DNA from: an uncultured Acidimicrobiia bacterium
Lineage (GTDB): Bacteria; Actinomycetota; Acidimicrobiia; Spongiisociales; UBA5794
NCBI GenBank assembly: GCA_965368815.1
Contig: CBDUOH010000002.1
Location: 15,090-79,089, forward strand
DNA length: 64,000 nt
Direction: 5' to 3'
Below are positions 8,388 to 18,071 of this stretch, one piece after another; the first letter of the stretch is position 1, and the number at the start of each line of letters is the position of its first letter. The notes below the pieces were generated by a model. It did not search any database and was not told the DNA's origin. It saw only the letters and a program-made list of their open reading frames with translations. The translations under genes and the position numbers were made by a program.

Positions 8388-9914
8388 TCAGGGACCTTCG
8401 AGAGCGCCGAGGTCGAAGGCCGCCTTGTTCAACGCCGACACCATCGCCCGAGCTGAGCCTTCGACCACGTCGGTCGACACGCCCTGTCCGGAATATGTCG
8501 TGGCATGGACCTTCACGATGACATTGACCTTGGCCATCGCATCGGCTCCGGCCGCAAGGGGTGACACCCGATAGTCGACAAGCTCGGCGGCGATGCCGTA
8601 CGCATCCTGGAGTGCCACGAACGTGGCGTTGATCATTCCGTCACCGTCGGAGGAAACCGTTATCTCCTCGCCATCGCGATCGAGCGTCACGGTTGCGACG
8701 GGCGGTTCATGGGATCCACCTGCGACGTGGAGCGAGACGAGCTTCATCTGTTGCGTGACGGCACCGGTCTCCTCGGTGACGATCGCGCGGAGCCCTTCCT
8801 CACCGATCTCGCCCTTGCGGTCTGCGAGCTGCTTGAAACGATCGAACGATCGCTGGAAATCGTCGTCCTCGAGACGGATGCCGAGCTTGTCAAGGGCGTC
8901 AGCGAACGCTGCTCGACCCGAATGCTTGCCGAGGACAAGGACGGATTGGTGACCGATGGCGGACGGATCCATGATCTCGTACGTTTCGCGGTTGCGTAGC
9001 ACACCGTGCTGATGGATCCCCGACTCGTGGGCGAACGCGTTCTTGCCGACGACCGCTTTGTTGTACTGGATCGGGTAACCCGTCAGGCTGGAGACGAGAC
9101 GGGATGTCTCGAAGATCTCTCGGGTGTCGGCTCCGATCTCGACGTCGAAGTGATCCGAGCGTGTCGTGAGCGCCATGATGATCTCTTCTGTCGACGTGTT
9201 GCCTGCCCGCTCGCCGATGCCGTTGATGGCACCTTCGATCTGGCGTGCGCCCGCATGGATCGCTGACAGCGAATTGGCCACGGCCAACCCGAGATCGTTG
9301 TGACAGTGCGTCGAGATGATGACATCCTCGTTGCCGTTCCTGACCTCGGAATACACCCGGGTGAGCAGCTCGACGAAGTCTTCGGGCATCGCGAACCCGA
9401 CGGTGTCGGGAACGTTGATCGTCGTTGCTCCGGCCTCGACTGCGATCCTGCATACCTCGATGACGAAATCGGGGTCGGACCGCGTTGCATCCTGGGGCGA
9501 GAACTCGACGTCTTCGACATACTGCTTTGCCCTCGTCACCCCCTCGCGGATCGATGTGATGACATCGGCCGGGGACATCCGGAGCATCTGCTCCATATGG
9601 ATCGGCGATGTGGATTGGAAGACGTGGATCCGTTTCGACGGCGCGAGCTTGAGCGCATCGGCTGCCTGATCGATGTCATCGGGGTGCGTCCGTGCAAGGG
9701 ACGCGATGACCGGACCGGTGATCTCGGCGGCGATCCTCGACACTGCTTTGAAGTCGCCAGGACTCGACGCGGCGAATCCCGCCTCGATGACATCGACCTT
9801 CAGTTTCGCAAGCTGCCTCGCGATGGCGACCTTGTCGTCGGGCGAAAGCGCAATCCCTGGGGCCTGTTCACCGTCGCGAAGCGTGGTGTCGAGAATGATC
9901 AGTTTGTCCTGCAT
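8388..9914 (-). CDS. leuA: 2-isopropylmalate synthase (possibly citramalate synthase; LeuA/CimA short form)
   Basis: It has 'LRDGEQ' in a pyruvate-carboxyltransferase TIM barrel, then 'HCHNDLGLAVANSL' and a LeuA-dimer C-terminal domain, for 508 aa. It sits next to ilvBNC. Confidence 0.85.
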   Translation of the reverse strand: MQDKLIILDTTLRDGEQAPGIALSPDDKVAIARQLAKLKVDVIEAGFAASSPGDFKAVSRIAAEITGPVIASLARTHPDDIDQAADALKLAPSKRIHVFQSTSPIHMEQMLRMSPADVITSIREGVTRAKQYVEDVEFSPQDATRSDPDFVIEVCRIAVEAGATTINVPDTVGFAMPEDFVELLTRVYSEVRNGNEDVIISTHCHNDLGLAVANSLSAIHAGARQIEGAINGIGERAGNTSTEEIIMALTTRSDHFDVEIGADTREIFETSRLVSSLTGYPIQYNKAVVGKNAFAHESGIHQHGVLRNRETYEIMDPSAIGHQSVLVLGKHSGRAAFADALDKLGIRLEDDDFQRSFDRFKQLADRKGEIGEEGLRAIVTEETGAVTQQMKLVSLHVAGGSHEPPVATVTLDRDGEEITVSSDGDGMINATFVALQDAYGIAAELVDYRVSPLAAGADAMAKVNVIVKVHATTYSGQGVSTDVVEGSARAMVSALNKAAFDLGALEGP

Positions 9915-10021
9915 GGTGGGTTCTCCTTGAGTGGGTGTGCGGCGTCAGTGAGTGCCGGTCGTGTCGACCGGCCCCATAAGTCGCACCCACCCACGGTGCC
10001 CCGATACGCAGGAGTCGTGGC

Positions 10022-11035
10022 TCATGTGTCGTCTTGCGGGGTCTTGGGAACCATGAAGGTCATCATGTTGCGAAGCTCGCGACCGACCTTTTCGATCGGA
10101 TGGACCGCCACAGCCTCACGAGCGGCCTTGAGACGCGGAGCACCGTTTGCGTATTCGGCCATCCACTCCTTGGCGAACTCGCCCGACTGGATCTCGCCGA
10201 GGATCTCGCGCATCGTGTCCTTCGTCGACTCGTCCACGATCCGCGGCCCGCGACTTATGTCGCCGTATTCGGCCGTGTCCGAAACCGAGTGGCGCATCCA
10301 TTCGATGCCGCCCTCCCACAGGAGATCGACGATCAGCTTCAGCTCGTGGAGTACCTCGAAGTAGGCCATCTCAGGCTCGTAGCCGGCCTCCGTGAGTGTT
10401 TCGAAGGCGTTGAGAATGAGCGCATCGACCCCGCCGCACAGGACGACCTGTTCGCCGAACAGATCGGTTTCGGTTTCTTCCTTGAAGTTCGTCTCGATGA
10501 CTCCGCCGCGTGTCCCGCCGATGCCGTGTGCATACGACAGGGCGAGGGAGAACGCTTCACCGGTCGCGTCCTGATGGACCGCAACGAGGGTGGGGACGCC
10601 TGATCCTTCCACGAACTGGCGACGCACGAGGTGCCCGGGTCCCTTGGGCGCCACCATGGCGACATCGACGTCGGGTGGGGGAGTGACGAACCCGAAGTGG
10701 ATGCTGAAACCGTGGGCGAAGAGCAATGCATCGCCGCTCTTGAGCCGGGGGGCGATGACATCGTTGTAGACCTGCTGTTGGACCTGGTCGGGTACGAGCA
10801 TCATGATGACGTCGGCCCAATCCGCGGCCGTCTCGGGATCGACGACCTTGAGGCCTGCATCGGATGCGGCGCGAATGCGGTTGGAGCCTTCCCTGAGCCC
10901 CACGACGACGTCAACCCCGGACTCCTTGAGGTTGAGTGCGTGCGCGTGACCCTGGCTGCCGAAGCCGATCACCGCAACCTTCCGGCGGGCTATCAGCGCC
11001 GGATCGGCATCCGCTTCGTAGTACATCTTGGCCAT
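10022..11035 (-). CDS. ilvC: Ketol-acid reductoisomerase
   Basis: The N-terminus is '[43 protein letters not shown]' and the class I KARI is 337 aa. The start is the internal ATG at 11033-11035, which follows ilvN by 11 nt. The track ORF has a spurious upstream extension. Confidence 0.95.
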   Translation of the reverse strand: MAKMYYEADADPALIARRKVAVIGFGSQGHAHALNLKESGVDVVVGLREGSNRIRAASDAGLKVVDPETAADWADVIMMLVPDQVQQQVYNDVIAPRLKSGDALLFAHGFSIHFGFVTPPPDVDVAMVAPKGPGHLVRRQFVEGSGVPTLVAVHQDATGEAFSLALSYAHGIGGTRGGVIETNFKEETETDLFGEQVVLCGGVDALILNAFETLTEAGYEPEMAYFEVLHELKLIVDLLWEGGIEWMRHSVSDTAEYGDISRGPRIVDESTKDTMREILGEIQSGEFAKEWMAEYANGAPRLKAAREAVAVHPIEKVGRELRNMMTFMVPKTPQDDT

Positions 11036-11046
11036 GTCAATCGCTC

Positions 11047-11550
11047 CTAGGCAGTTCGTTTCTGTTTCTTTGCTACGGATTTTGAATCCTTGGCCAGAGC
11101 GATTCGCCCCGACTTGACCAGGCTCACGATCCCATAGGTCTTCATGATCTCGTGGAAGTCTGCGAGCCGAGCCGGTTCCCCTGAGACCTCGAACGTGACG
11201 GAAGCCGCCCCGACGTCGACGACCGCTGCACCGAACACGTTTGCTGCCTCGAGAACCTCGGAGCGGCGTGTCGGTTCGGCATTCACCCGAACCAGCATGA
11301 TCTCGCGCTCGATCGCCTCGCCGGGCACATGCTCGGTCACCTTGAGCGTGTGTACGAGCTTGTAGAGCTGCTTGATGACCTGCTCCATCTGCGGACCGTC
11401 GACCACCACGGTCATCTGCGAGCGGGTCGGATCCTGCGTCGGCCCGACGGTGAGGGAGTGGATGTTGAAGTCCCTTCGGGCGAACATGGACGCGACACGA
11501 GCCAACACACCGGGCTTGTTCTCGACGGTCACCGATATCACATGGCTCAT
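11047..11550 (-). CDS. ilvN: Acetolactate synthase small (regulatory) subunit
   Basis: It has an ACT domain with '[33 protein letters not shown]' and is 167 aa. Its start makes an ATGA overlap with the ilvB stop. Confidence 0.9.
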   Translation of the reverse strand: MSHVISVTVENKPGVLARVASMFARRDFNIHSLTVGPTQDPTRSQMTVVVDGPQMEQVIKQLYKLVHTLKVTEHVPGEAIEREIMLVRVNAEPTRRSEVLEAANVFGAAVVDVGAASVTFEVSGEPARLADFHEIMKTYGIVSLVKSGRIALAKDSKSVAKKQKRTA

Positions 11551-13262
11551 GCGAGGTCCTCGAGGCGCATGATGATGTTGTCGTTGCTGCCACCGGCTTT
11601 GATCATCGGGAACACCATGGCGTCCGGGTCACAACGGAATTCCATGACCACCGGTCGGTCGTTGATCGCAAGCCCCTTCTCGAGCGTCGGGATCACGTCC
11701 GCGGGTTTTTCGGCCCGGAGTCCGGCGCAGCCCATCGCTTCGGCGAGCATGACGACATCCGGGTTGTCGTACGACAGCTCCGATGCCGAGTAGCGCTCGT
11801 TGAAGAAGAGCCGCTGCCATTGGCGGACCATGCCGAGGTTGGCGTTGTTCATGACCACGATCTTGACAGGGATGTTCTCGATGGCGGCCGTGATCAGCTC
11901 CTGGAACGTCATCTGGAAGCATCCGTCGCCGTCAATGGCGATGACGGTCTCGTCCGGCATCCCGGCCTGGGCTCCGATCGCTGCGGGGACAGCGAAACCC
12001 ATCGTGCCGAGGCCGCCGGAGTTGATCCACGTGTTCGGTCGCTCGAATCCCCAGAACTGCGAAGCCCACATCTGATGCTGGCCGACGCCGGCGACGACGA
12101 TCGCATCACCACCGGTGAGCTTGTGGATCTGCTCGATGACGTACTGCTGTTGGATCGGGCCGTCGGGATCCTGGTCGTACGCGAGGGGATAGTCCTTCTG
12201 CCATTTGGTGATCGAAGCGAACCACTCGCTTCGCTCCGGTGCGGGCTTTCCGTCGAGGACCTTCGTCGCGCGTTCGATGAGTTGGCGGAGGACCGTCTTT
12301 GCATCTCCGACGATCGGGACGTCGACCTGGCGGATCTTGCCGATCTCCGCGGGATCGACATCGACATGGATCACCCTGGCGTCCGGTGCGAAGAACTCAG
12401 GGTCGCCGGTCACCCGATCGTCGAACCTCGCGCCGATGTTGACGAGGAGATCGGACTTCTGCATGGCCGTCGAGGCCGTATAGCAACCGTGCATGCCCGG
12501 CATGCCGAGCGCCAGTTCGTGCGAATCGGGGATTGCGCCCCTTGCCATGAGCGTCGTCACCGTGGGGAGTCGCATCAGTTCGGCAAACGCTGTGACCTCA
12601 GCGGAGGCGCCGGACCTGATGGTGCCCCCACCGGTGTACAGGACCGGCCGCTCGGCCTCCATGATCATCTTGATGGCCGCGGCGACCTGCTTGGGGTGAC
12701 CCTTGACCGAAGGCTTGTACCCCGGGAGATCGATCACCCTTGAACCCTTGAACTCCGCGTAGCCGGCGAGGGCATCCTTGGTGATGTCGACGAGAACCGG
12801 TCCCGGCCTGCCTGTGGAAGCGAGATGGAAGGCCTCGTGGATGGCCCCGGCGATCTCTGACGTCTGGGTGACGAGTTCATTGTGCTTCGTCACCGGCATC
12901 GAGATGCCCCACGTGTGCGCCTCCTGGAAGGCGTCGAGCCCGATCGACGTCGACGCCACCTGCGCCGTGATCGCGACAACCGGAATCGAGTCCATGTATG
13001 CGTCGGCCAGCGGCGTGACGAGGTTCGTTGCTCCGGGACCCGATGTGGCGAACGTCACGCCGACGCGGCCTGTTGCGTGCGCGTATCCGGAGGCCATGTG
13101 CCCGCCTCCTTGCTCGTGCCGCACCAGCACATGCCGGATCGGGCTGTCGTACAGCGAGTCATATGCCTGGAGGATGGCGCCACCGGGCAGGCCGAATACA
13201 GTGTCTACCCCTTCGAGCTCGAGGGCTCGCATGAGGATCTCTGCTCCAGTGATGGTTTCCAT
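11547..13262 (-). CDS. ilvB: Acetolactate synthase large (catalytic) subunit
   Basis: It is a ThDP enzyme with a 'GDGCFQM' ThDP motif and a '[28 protein letters not shown]' N-terminus. The start is chosen at the ATG of 'METITG' (about 13262) rather than the track's GTG at 13298. The GTG lies inside the putative attenuator terminator. Confidence 0.9.
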   Translation of the reverse strand: METITGAEILMRALELEGVDTVFGLPGGAILQAYDSLYDSPIRHVLVRHEQGGGHMASGYAHATGRVGVTFATSGPGATNLVTPLADAYMDSIPVVAITAQVASTSIGLDAFQEAHTWGISMPVTKHNELVTQTSEIAGAIHEAFHLASTGRPGPVLVDITKDALAGYAEFKGSRVIDLPGYKPSVKGHPKQVAAAIKMIMEAERPVLYTGGGTIRSGASAEVTAFAELMRLPTVTTLMARGAIPDSHELALGMPGMHGCYTASTAMQKSDLLVNIGARFDDRVTGDPEFFAPDARVIHVDVDPAEIGKIRQVDVPIVGDAKTVLRQLIERATKVLDGKPAPERSEWFASITKWQKDYPLAYDQDPDGPIQQQYVIEQIHKLTGGDAIVVAGVGQHQMWASQFWGFERPNTWINSGGLGTMGFAVPAAIGAQAGMPDETVIAIDGDGCFQMTFQELITAAIENIPVKIVVMNNANLGMVRQWQRLFFNERYSASELSYDNPDVVMLAEAMGCAGLRAEKPADVIPTLEKGLAINDRPVVMEFRCDPDAMVFPMIKAGGSNDNIIMRLEDLA

Positions 13263-13332
13263 GGCTGCTCCGGATAGAAGAAAACCCCCCGGTGACACGG
13301 AGGGTTGGGCGCACCGAGTATGTCGGGTGCGC
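13263..13332 (-). terminator. Putative transcription attenuator upstream of ilvB. A hairpin (GGCGCACC-N10-GGUGCGCC) is followed by a second hairpin (CCCUCCG-UGUCAC-CGGGGGG) and a U-tract (UUUUCUUCU).
   Basis: This is read directly from the minus-strand sequence between the leader-peptide stop and the ilvB ATG. The second hairpin plus U-run has the form of an intrinsic terminator, 20-25 nt before the ilvB start. Confidence 0.55.
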
Positions 13333-13371
13333 CTATTCGAGAATGAGTACGAGTGTGTGTTCGATGGTCAT
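13333..13371 (-). CDS. ilvB leader peptide (12 aa, MTIEHTLVLILE) rich in Leu/Ile/Val codons
   Basis: The sequence ATG ACC ATC GAA CAC ACA CTC GTA CTC ATT CTC GAA TAG sits immediately 5' of the attenuator hairpins. Six of 12 codons are branched-chain amino acids. Its position and content match actinobacterial ilvB attenuation. Confidence 0.5.
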   Translation of the reverse strand: MTIEHTLVLILE

Positions 13372-13469
13372 GTTGTTGGACACCGGGTTTGGCGGTGTGG
13401 TATGCGAGTATTGCAGGGTCCGTATGCATGTCAAGATGACGGGCACCCGAACGCTGTGAGGAGCATACC

Positions 13470-14690
13470 GTGGCTTCAGCCGACCGAATCCGTACCCTCG
13501 GTACCGTCGTGCGTCTGGCCAGGGCGGAGCTGGCATCACGCAAGCCCGACGACATCCCACACAAGCTGCGGCCCGTGGCACGTGCGACGGGCAAGGGCCT
13601 TCCCGCACCGTTGGCGAGAACATTGATCGGGTTCATCGAAAAGGACGACACATTCCGGGCCGCGGTGCGCGAGCGGTTCGAGAGCGATGGGAACGACGAC
13701 ACTGTTGCGAGGTACTTCCTCGAAGACCCGATGCGGGCTGACGAGATCGTTGGGCTCGCAGCTGCCAGCGGGTCGCTCGACGTTCTGAAAGCCGGTCTCG
13801 AATCCGAGCAACGCAAAGTGGCCCAGGCCGAGGCACGGCTTGCAACCGCGCACGAGCGGATGGAACGAGCACGGGCAGAACATGCTGCGGAACTTGCCGC
13901 GGTCTCCGATGCTGCAAAGCGGTCCAGGGAAAGCCTCGAAAAGCAGCTTGAGGCAGCGCGGGCAGACGTTGACAAGGCGTCCGTCGAGATCGAGAGCCTA
14001 TCCGACGACATGGCCATCCTGACCAGCGAGGTCGAAGATCTTCGCGCACGCCTGTCGCGTCGGGATGCAAGGGAATCACGACGTCTGCAGGGAGTCCCTC
14101 CAGCGGTGGATCGGACGACATCGGTGGTCCCGAGCGACAGCGTCGACATCGCGGTGATGCTCGACGACCTCGTCCGCAAGCTGCGGTACTACCGCACCCC
14201 CGACCACCGTCGATCGACCCACGAAACGGCCAGCCCCGACGTTTCCATTCCGCTCGGGCTTTCGCCCGAGTCGGCTGCGGCGCTCGGAGCCGTCCTCACT
14301 CAGGGACCGGGGCTGATGCTGCTTGACGGATACAACATCGCGGGTGGGGTGAGTGAAGGGCTGGTCGGTATCCGTCAAGGGCGTGACGCCGTCATTCGAC
14401 GCGCCGAGTCGGTCAAACGGGCATCTCCGTCGACCGATGTGGTCGTCATCTTCGACGCCTCTGGGGCATCGGGGCGAGGCGACTTCGTGACCGAAACAGG
14501 TGTCAGGGCGGTGTTCGAGCCGCTCACATCGGCTGACGATGCGATTGTTGCCATGGTCCGTCGAGCACCGCCTGGCTGTGTCGTGATCACCAACGATCGG
14601 GAACTCCAGAACCGGGTCGCCACCCACGGCGCTGTCGTGCTGTTCTCGACGGCGCTTCTGGCGTGGAGCGAACATCTAAACACCGAGTGA
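13470..14690 (+). CDS. Fusion protein with an N-terminal coiled-coil region and a C-terminal YacP/Rae1-like NYN (PIN-like RNase) domain
   Basis: The C-terminus, 'LMLLDGYNIAG...VVVIFDASG...AVFEPLTSADDAIVAMV...VVITNDRELQ', is collinear with B. subtilis YacP ('ILLVDGYNMIGAW...VIVVFDA...'). The middle region (aa 110-200) is a heptad-like, Ala/Glu/Arg-rich predicted coiled coil. Confidence 0.6.
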   Translation: MASADRIRTLGTVVRLARAELASRKPDDIPHKLRPVARATGKGLPAPLARTLIGFIEKDDTFRAAVRERFESDGNDDTVARYFLEDPMRADEIVGLAAASGSLDVLKAGLESEQRKVAQAEARLATAHERMERARAEHAAELAAVSDAAKRSRESLEKQLEAARADVDKASVEIESLSDDMAILTSEVEDLRARLSRRDARESRRLQGVPPAVDRTTSVVPSDSVDIAVMLDDLVRKLRYYRTPDHRRSTHETASPDVSIPLGLSPESAAALGAVLTQGPGLMLLDGYNIAGGVSEGLVGIRQGRDAVIRRAESVKRASPSTDVVVIFDASGASGRGDFVTETGVRAVFEPLTSADDAIVAMVRRAPPGCVVITNDRELQNRVATHGAVVLFSTALLAWSEHLNTE

Positions 14691-14732
14691 CTTCGTGCCG
14701 ATAGAGGGGGGACTATCCCGGAGGCCACCACC

Positions 14733-16994
14733 ATGGCAACCACCTTGCAGCGGTACTCCGCTGATGCCCAACCGAGACCTGCCCCGGTTCGCACCGGAGT
14801 GCTGTCGCGCTGGCATCGCCTCCGTCGCGATCTCTCCCTGATATCAGTCATTGCGGCAGCGATCTGTGGCGTCGTTTTCGCATGGCCGGAGATGTTCATC
14901 GCAGGCGGCCTCACGCTCGCCGTGACCGTCGACGCACGGATCGCGCTTCGGACCCATCGATCCGGCTATCTGCCGTCGCTCCTGGCGGACATAACGATCA
15001 CGGGCGTCACCTTTGCGATTGTGGCGGTTCCGCCTGTCGGTATCGCTGCTGCCACGACCTATTTCATCCTGCTCGTCGCCCTTCTCGGCCGGTCGTGGCG
15101 TGCATGGCCGGTGGGTGCCTATGCCGTCGTGGTCGGCGCTGGTGCATCGTGGGCCCGACCGATGTTGGGGATGCCTGAGGCATCGACGATCCGGTTGGTC
15201 ACCGCAGGCACCGTCGCCGCAGGCGTGTTCTCGATTGCCATCACCATCGTCGCCACCCGATTCGGATCGTTGCTGCGAAAGCGGTTCGACGAGGAGGAGA
15301 CACGGGTACGGCGTTCACAGGCGGCATCGAGTGCTGCACGGGCGCTGGTGGCTCGAGACGACGGCCACGCTCTCGAGAATGCGATCGAGGCGATCAGGGC
15401 GGGTGTCAGGGCTGAGACGCTGTTCATCGAACACAACGAAATCGATCCTGCAGACGGCTTGGTGGGCGTGGTCGTGGGATCGAGTACATCCCGTGCATCG
15501 ATCAACCATGTGTACGAGCCCGGTTTCCGAACCTCGTGGAGCGCCCTCGGTCGCGGCAAGGCCCATCTCGAGGGCGGTGCCCCGTTCTTCTACCGGATCG
15601 AGGAATCCGCCGGTACGGGAAGCGATCGTTCAGGAGCCGGGGGCGCGAACTCCGAGGTGAACATCCCGATCATCTCCGACGGCCGATGGCTCGGCGTGGT
15701 GGGAGCGGCCGATTCCCAGCCGGGACGGCGTTGGCACACCGATGACCTCATCCTGCTCCGAACACTGGCGGACCTCACCGCCGCCTTCTGGCAACGGATC
15801 GAGGATCTGCGGGTCCGCGACTCGCTCATCGGATCGCTCGATGGTCGTTTGCGTTATGAAGAGGCGCTTGCGAAGTCGTCCCAGGCGTTGCTGGGTGGAA
15901 AGGGGATGGGCGTCGAGGGCGCGCTTGACGCCGTTGGTGTCGCTGCCCGGGTGGACGAGGTGTACGTCACGATGACGACACAGCTCGCCGACGAGTCGCT
16001 TGGCGCTGAGACCATCGAGAGTTGGGTTCAGCCGGGCATCCTGCCCACGAAGCCGGTGGGTGTCTCGATGCCGTACGACACGATGCCAACGGTTCGTGAC
16101 GCCATCCATACGGGGGCTCTTGCGCGCACCGGGGATGGGATCGTCGAGGAACTCGTTGCACCCATCGAGGTCGGCGCCGGCGGGTTCGGAACGGTCGGGT
16201 TCGTCCGCCGCCAGTCGACCCAGCCATGGTCGAAGCGCGAGGCCGCGTTCCTGCGAACCATCGCTGACATCCTTGGTGCGTATTACGAGCGCGCCGAGAC
16301 CAGGGAACGGCTCGAGTCACTGATCCAGTCGAAGAACCAATTGATCGCTTCGGTGAGCCACGAACTCCGGACCCCGCTCACAGCCGTTGTCGGTCTCGCC
16401 GAGGAACTCGGTGCAGCCGACCAGCAGATTGCGCCAGCCGAGAGGCAGCAACTGATCGCTGTGATCGCCCATGAGAGCAGGGAGATGGCCGATCTCGTCG
16501 AGGACCTCGTCGTGGCGGCGCAATCGGAGGATGGCGAGGTGAATGTGTTCCCTGAGCGAACCGACCTGTCGCTTCTGGCAGCCAACGTTGCTTCCCGACT
16601 GTCTCCCCCCGATGAGGTCACCCTCACCGTCGACGACCAATCCAGCGCGGCGTTCGCTGATCCCGTGCGTGTTCGCCAGGTCATCAGGAACCTCCTCACC
16701 AACGCCGTGCGGTACGGCGGTCGGCAGGTTCGCGTGACATTCGGCGGGGACGACCGTTGGGCGTATGTCGACGTGCACGACGATGGAAGTGGTATCCCGG
16801 ATCACGACCTCGAAGCGATCTTCGAACCTTTCCGGAGGTCGTCACACACAGCTCCGGCTCCGGGGTCGGTCGGGCTTGGTCTGACCTTGTCGAAGCGTCT
16901 TGCCGAGCTCATGGGCGGTTCGCTGTCGTACATCGACTCGGATGGATGCACGTTCAGGCTTACGGTGCCCCGCACGCCTGACGCAGCGACCTAG
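14733..16994 (+). CDS. Sensor histidine kinase: N-terminal polytopic membrane domain, two GAF-like domains, HisKA and HATPase_c; no receiver domain
   Basis: The H-box is 'SVSHELRTPLTAVVGLAEEL', the N-box is 'VIRNLLTNAVRYGG', and the G-boxes are 'DDGSGIPDHDLEAIFEPF' and 'GLGLTLSKRL'. There are 5-6 hydrophobic helices in the first ~180 aa. No response regulator gene is adjacent. Confidence 0.85.
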   Translation: MATTLQRYSADAQPRPAPVRTGVLSRWHRLRRDLSLISVIAAAICGVVFAWPEMFIAGGLTLAVTVDARIALRTHRSGYLPSLLADITITGVTFAIVAVPPVGIAAATTYFILLVALLGRSWRAWPVGAYAVVVGAGASWARPMLGMPEASTIRLVTAGTVAAGVFSIAITIVATRFGSLLRKRFDEEETRVRRSQAASSAARALVARDDGHALENAIEAIRAGVRAETLFIEHNEIDPADGLVGVVVGSSTSRASINHVYEPGFRTSWSALGRGKAHLEGGAPFFYRIEESAGTGSDRSGAGGANSEVNIPIISDGRWLGVVGAADSQPGRRWHTDDLILLRTLADLTAAFWQRIEDLRVRDSLIGSLDGRLRYEEALAKSSQALLGGKGMGVEGALDAVGVAARVDEVYVTMTTQLADESLGAETIESWVQPGILPTKPVGVSMPYDTMPTVRDAIHTGALARTGDGIVEELVAPIEVGAGGFGTVGFVRRQSTQPWSKREAAFLRTIADILGAYYERAETRERLESLIQSKNQLIASVSHELRTPLTAVVGLAEELGAADQQIAPAERQQLIAVIAHESREMADLVEDLVVAAQSEDGEVNVFPERTDLSLLAANVASRLSPPDEVTLTVDDQSSAAFADPVRVRQVIRNLLTNAVRYGGRQVRVTFGGDDRWAYVDVHDDGSGIPDHDLEAIFEPFRRSSHTAPAPGSVGLGLTLSKRLAELMGGSLSYIDSDGCTFRLTVPRTPDAAT

Positions 16995-17000
16995 TCCGGC

Positions 17001-18035
17001 TCAGCTCGCGACTTCGGCGATCGTGCGAATCGTCGTCAGATCGGTCGATCCGATGATCAGCGTTGTCACGCCCGCGTCTGCCCAGGCATCGAGTCGGTCC
17101 TTGATGCGGGCTGCCGGCCCGACGAGGCATACCTCATCCACGAGTGCGTCGGGCACCGCCATGGTGGCCTCCATCTTCTTGCCGGACAGGTAGAGATCCT
17201 GGATGGTTTCGGCTGCCTCCTCGAACCCGTACCGATGCGCGAGGTCGTTGTAGAAGTTGCGACCCTTGGCTCCCATGCCGCCGATGTACAGAGCGATCCC
17301 CGGTTTCATCTGGAGTCGTCCGGCATCGACATCGTCGGTGACGAGTGCGGTGACCGTCGGTGCGATCTCGAATCTGTCGGACTTGTCGGGTTCCGCGCTT
17401 GCGGCGAAGCCTTCTGCCAGCCGGGGTCCATACACAGATGCACTGCGCTCGGGGGAGAAGAAGACCGGTAACCATCCGTCGGCGATCTCGGCCGTGAGGG
17501 ACACGTTCTTTGGTCCGATCGCCGCGAGGAAGATCGGGATGTCAGGGTTTTTCGGCCCTTGCATCAGCTTGAGGGGTTTGCCGAGACCGGTCGAACCCTC
17601 GCCGATGTATGGCAGCTGGTAATAGTCGCCGTCGAAGGCCACCGGTTCCTTACGGGCGAGCATTGTTCGCATCAGCGTCACGTACTCCCGTGTCACCCCG
17701 AGTGGCTTGCCGTAAGGGCGCCCGTGCCAGCCCTCGACGACCTGTGGACCCGATACACCGAGTCCGAGCAGGAACCGCCCATCGGACAGTCGATCGATTG
17801 TCGAGGCGGTCATGGCCGTCATTGCCGGTGTCCGGGCCGGCATCTGGAGGACCGCGCTGCCGAGCTTGATCCGTTCGGTCCTGGCTGCAATGAAAGCAAG
17901 CGGTGTCGCTGCGTCGGACCCATACGCCTCAGCGGTCCACACGCTGTCGTATCCGAGTTGCTCGGCCTCGCTCACAAGCATGAAATTGTCGGCGACCGCG
18001 GAGGCGGCGAGACCGAGATTCAATCCGAGTTTCAT
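17001..18035 (-). CDS. LLM-class F420-dependent oxidoreductase (luciferase-like monooxygenase family)
   Basis: It has a 344-aa TIM-barrel LLM signature, with '[42 protein letters not shown]' and the C-terminal 'LIIGSTD' block. The pattern is typical of F420-dependent glucose-6-phosphate dehydrogenase / methylene-H4MPT reductase relatives. Confidence 0.75.
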   Translation of the reverse strand: MKLGLNLGLAASAVADNFMLVSEAEQLGYDSVWTAEAYGSDAATPLAFIAARTERIKLGSAVLQMPARTPAMTAMTASTIDRLSDGRFLLGLGVSGPQVVEGWHGRPYGKPLGVTREYVTLMRTMLARKEPVAFDGDYYQLPYIGEGSTGLGKPLKLMQGPKNPDIPIFLAAIGPKNVSLTAEIADGWLPVFFSPERSASVYGPRLAEGFAASAEPDKSDRFEIAPTVTALVTDDVDAGRLQMKPGIALYIGGMGAKGRNFYNDLAHRYGFEEAAETIQDLYLSGKKMEATMAVPDALVDEVCLVGPAARIKDRLDAWADAGVTTLIIGSTDLTTIRTIAEVAS

Positions 18036-18071
18036 GGTCTCAGGCTAACCCACTCGCTCTGACCAGTCGGA

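Noticed and set aside
11036-11593. The N-terminal extension of the ilvC ORF overlapping ilvN.
   Set aside because: KARI starts at '[10 protein letters not shown]'. The upstream extension is an Arg/Gly-rich overlap of the ilvN gene in another frame.
11820-12743. A 307-aa plus-strand ORF antisense to ilvB.
   Set aside because: It is antisense to a conserved ThDP enzyme and has a low-complexity Asp/Arg/Gly composition.
13298-13298. The GTG start at 13298 proposed by the ORF track for ilvB (N-terminus 'MSPGGFLLSGAA').
   Set aside because: The 12 extra codons overlap the G-rich hairpin and U-tract of the putative attenuator terminator. AHAS large subunits normally begin near 'METITGAEI...'.
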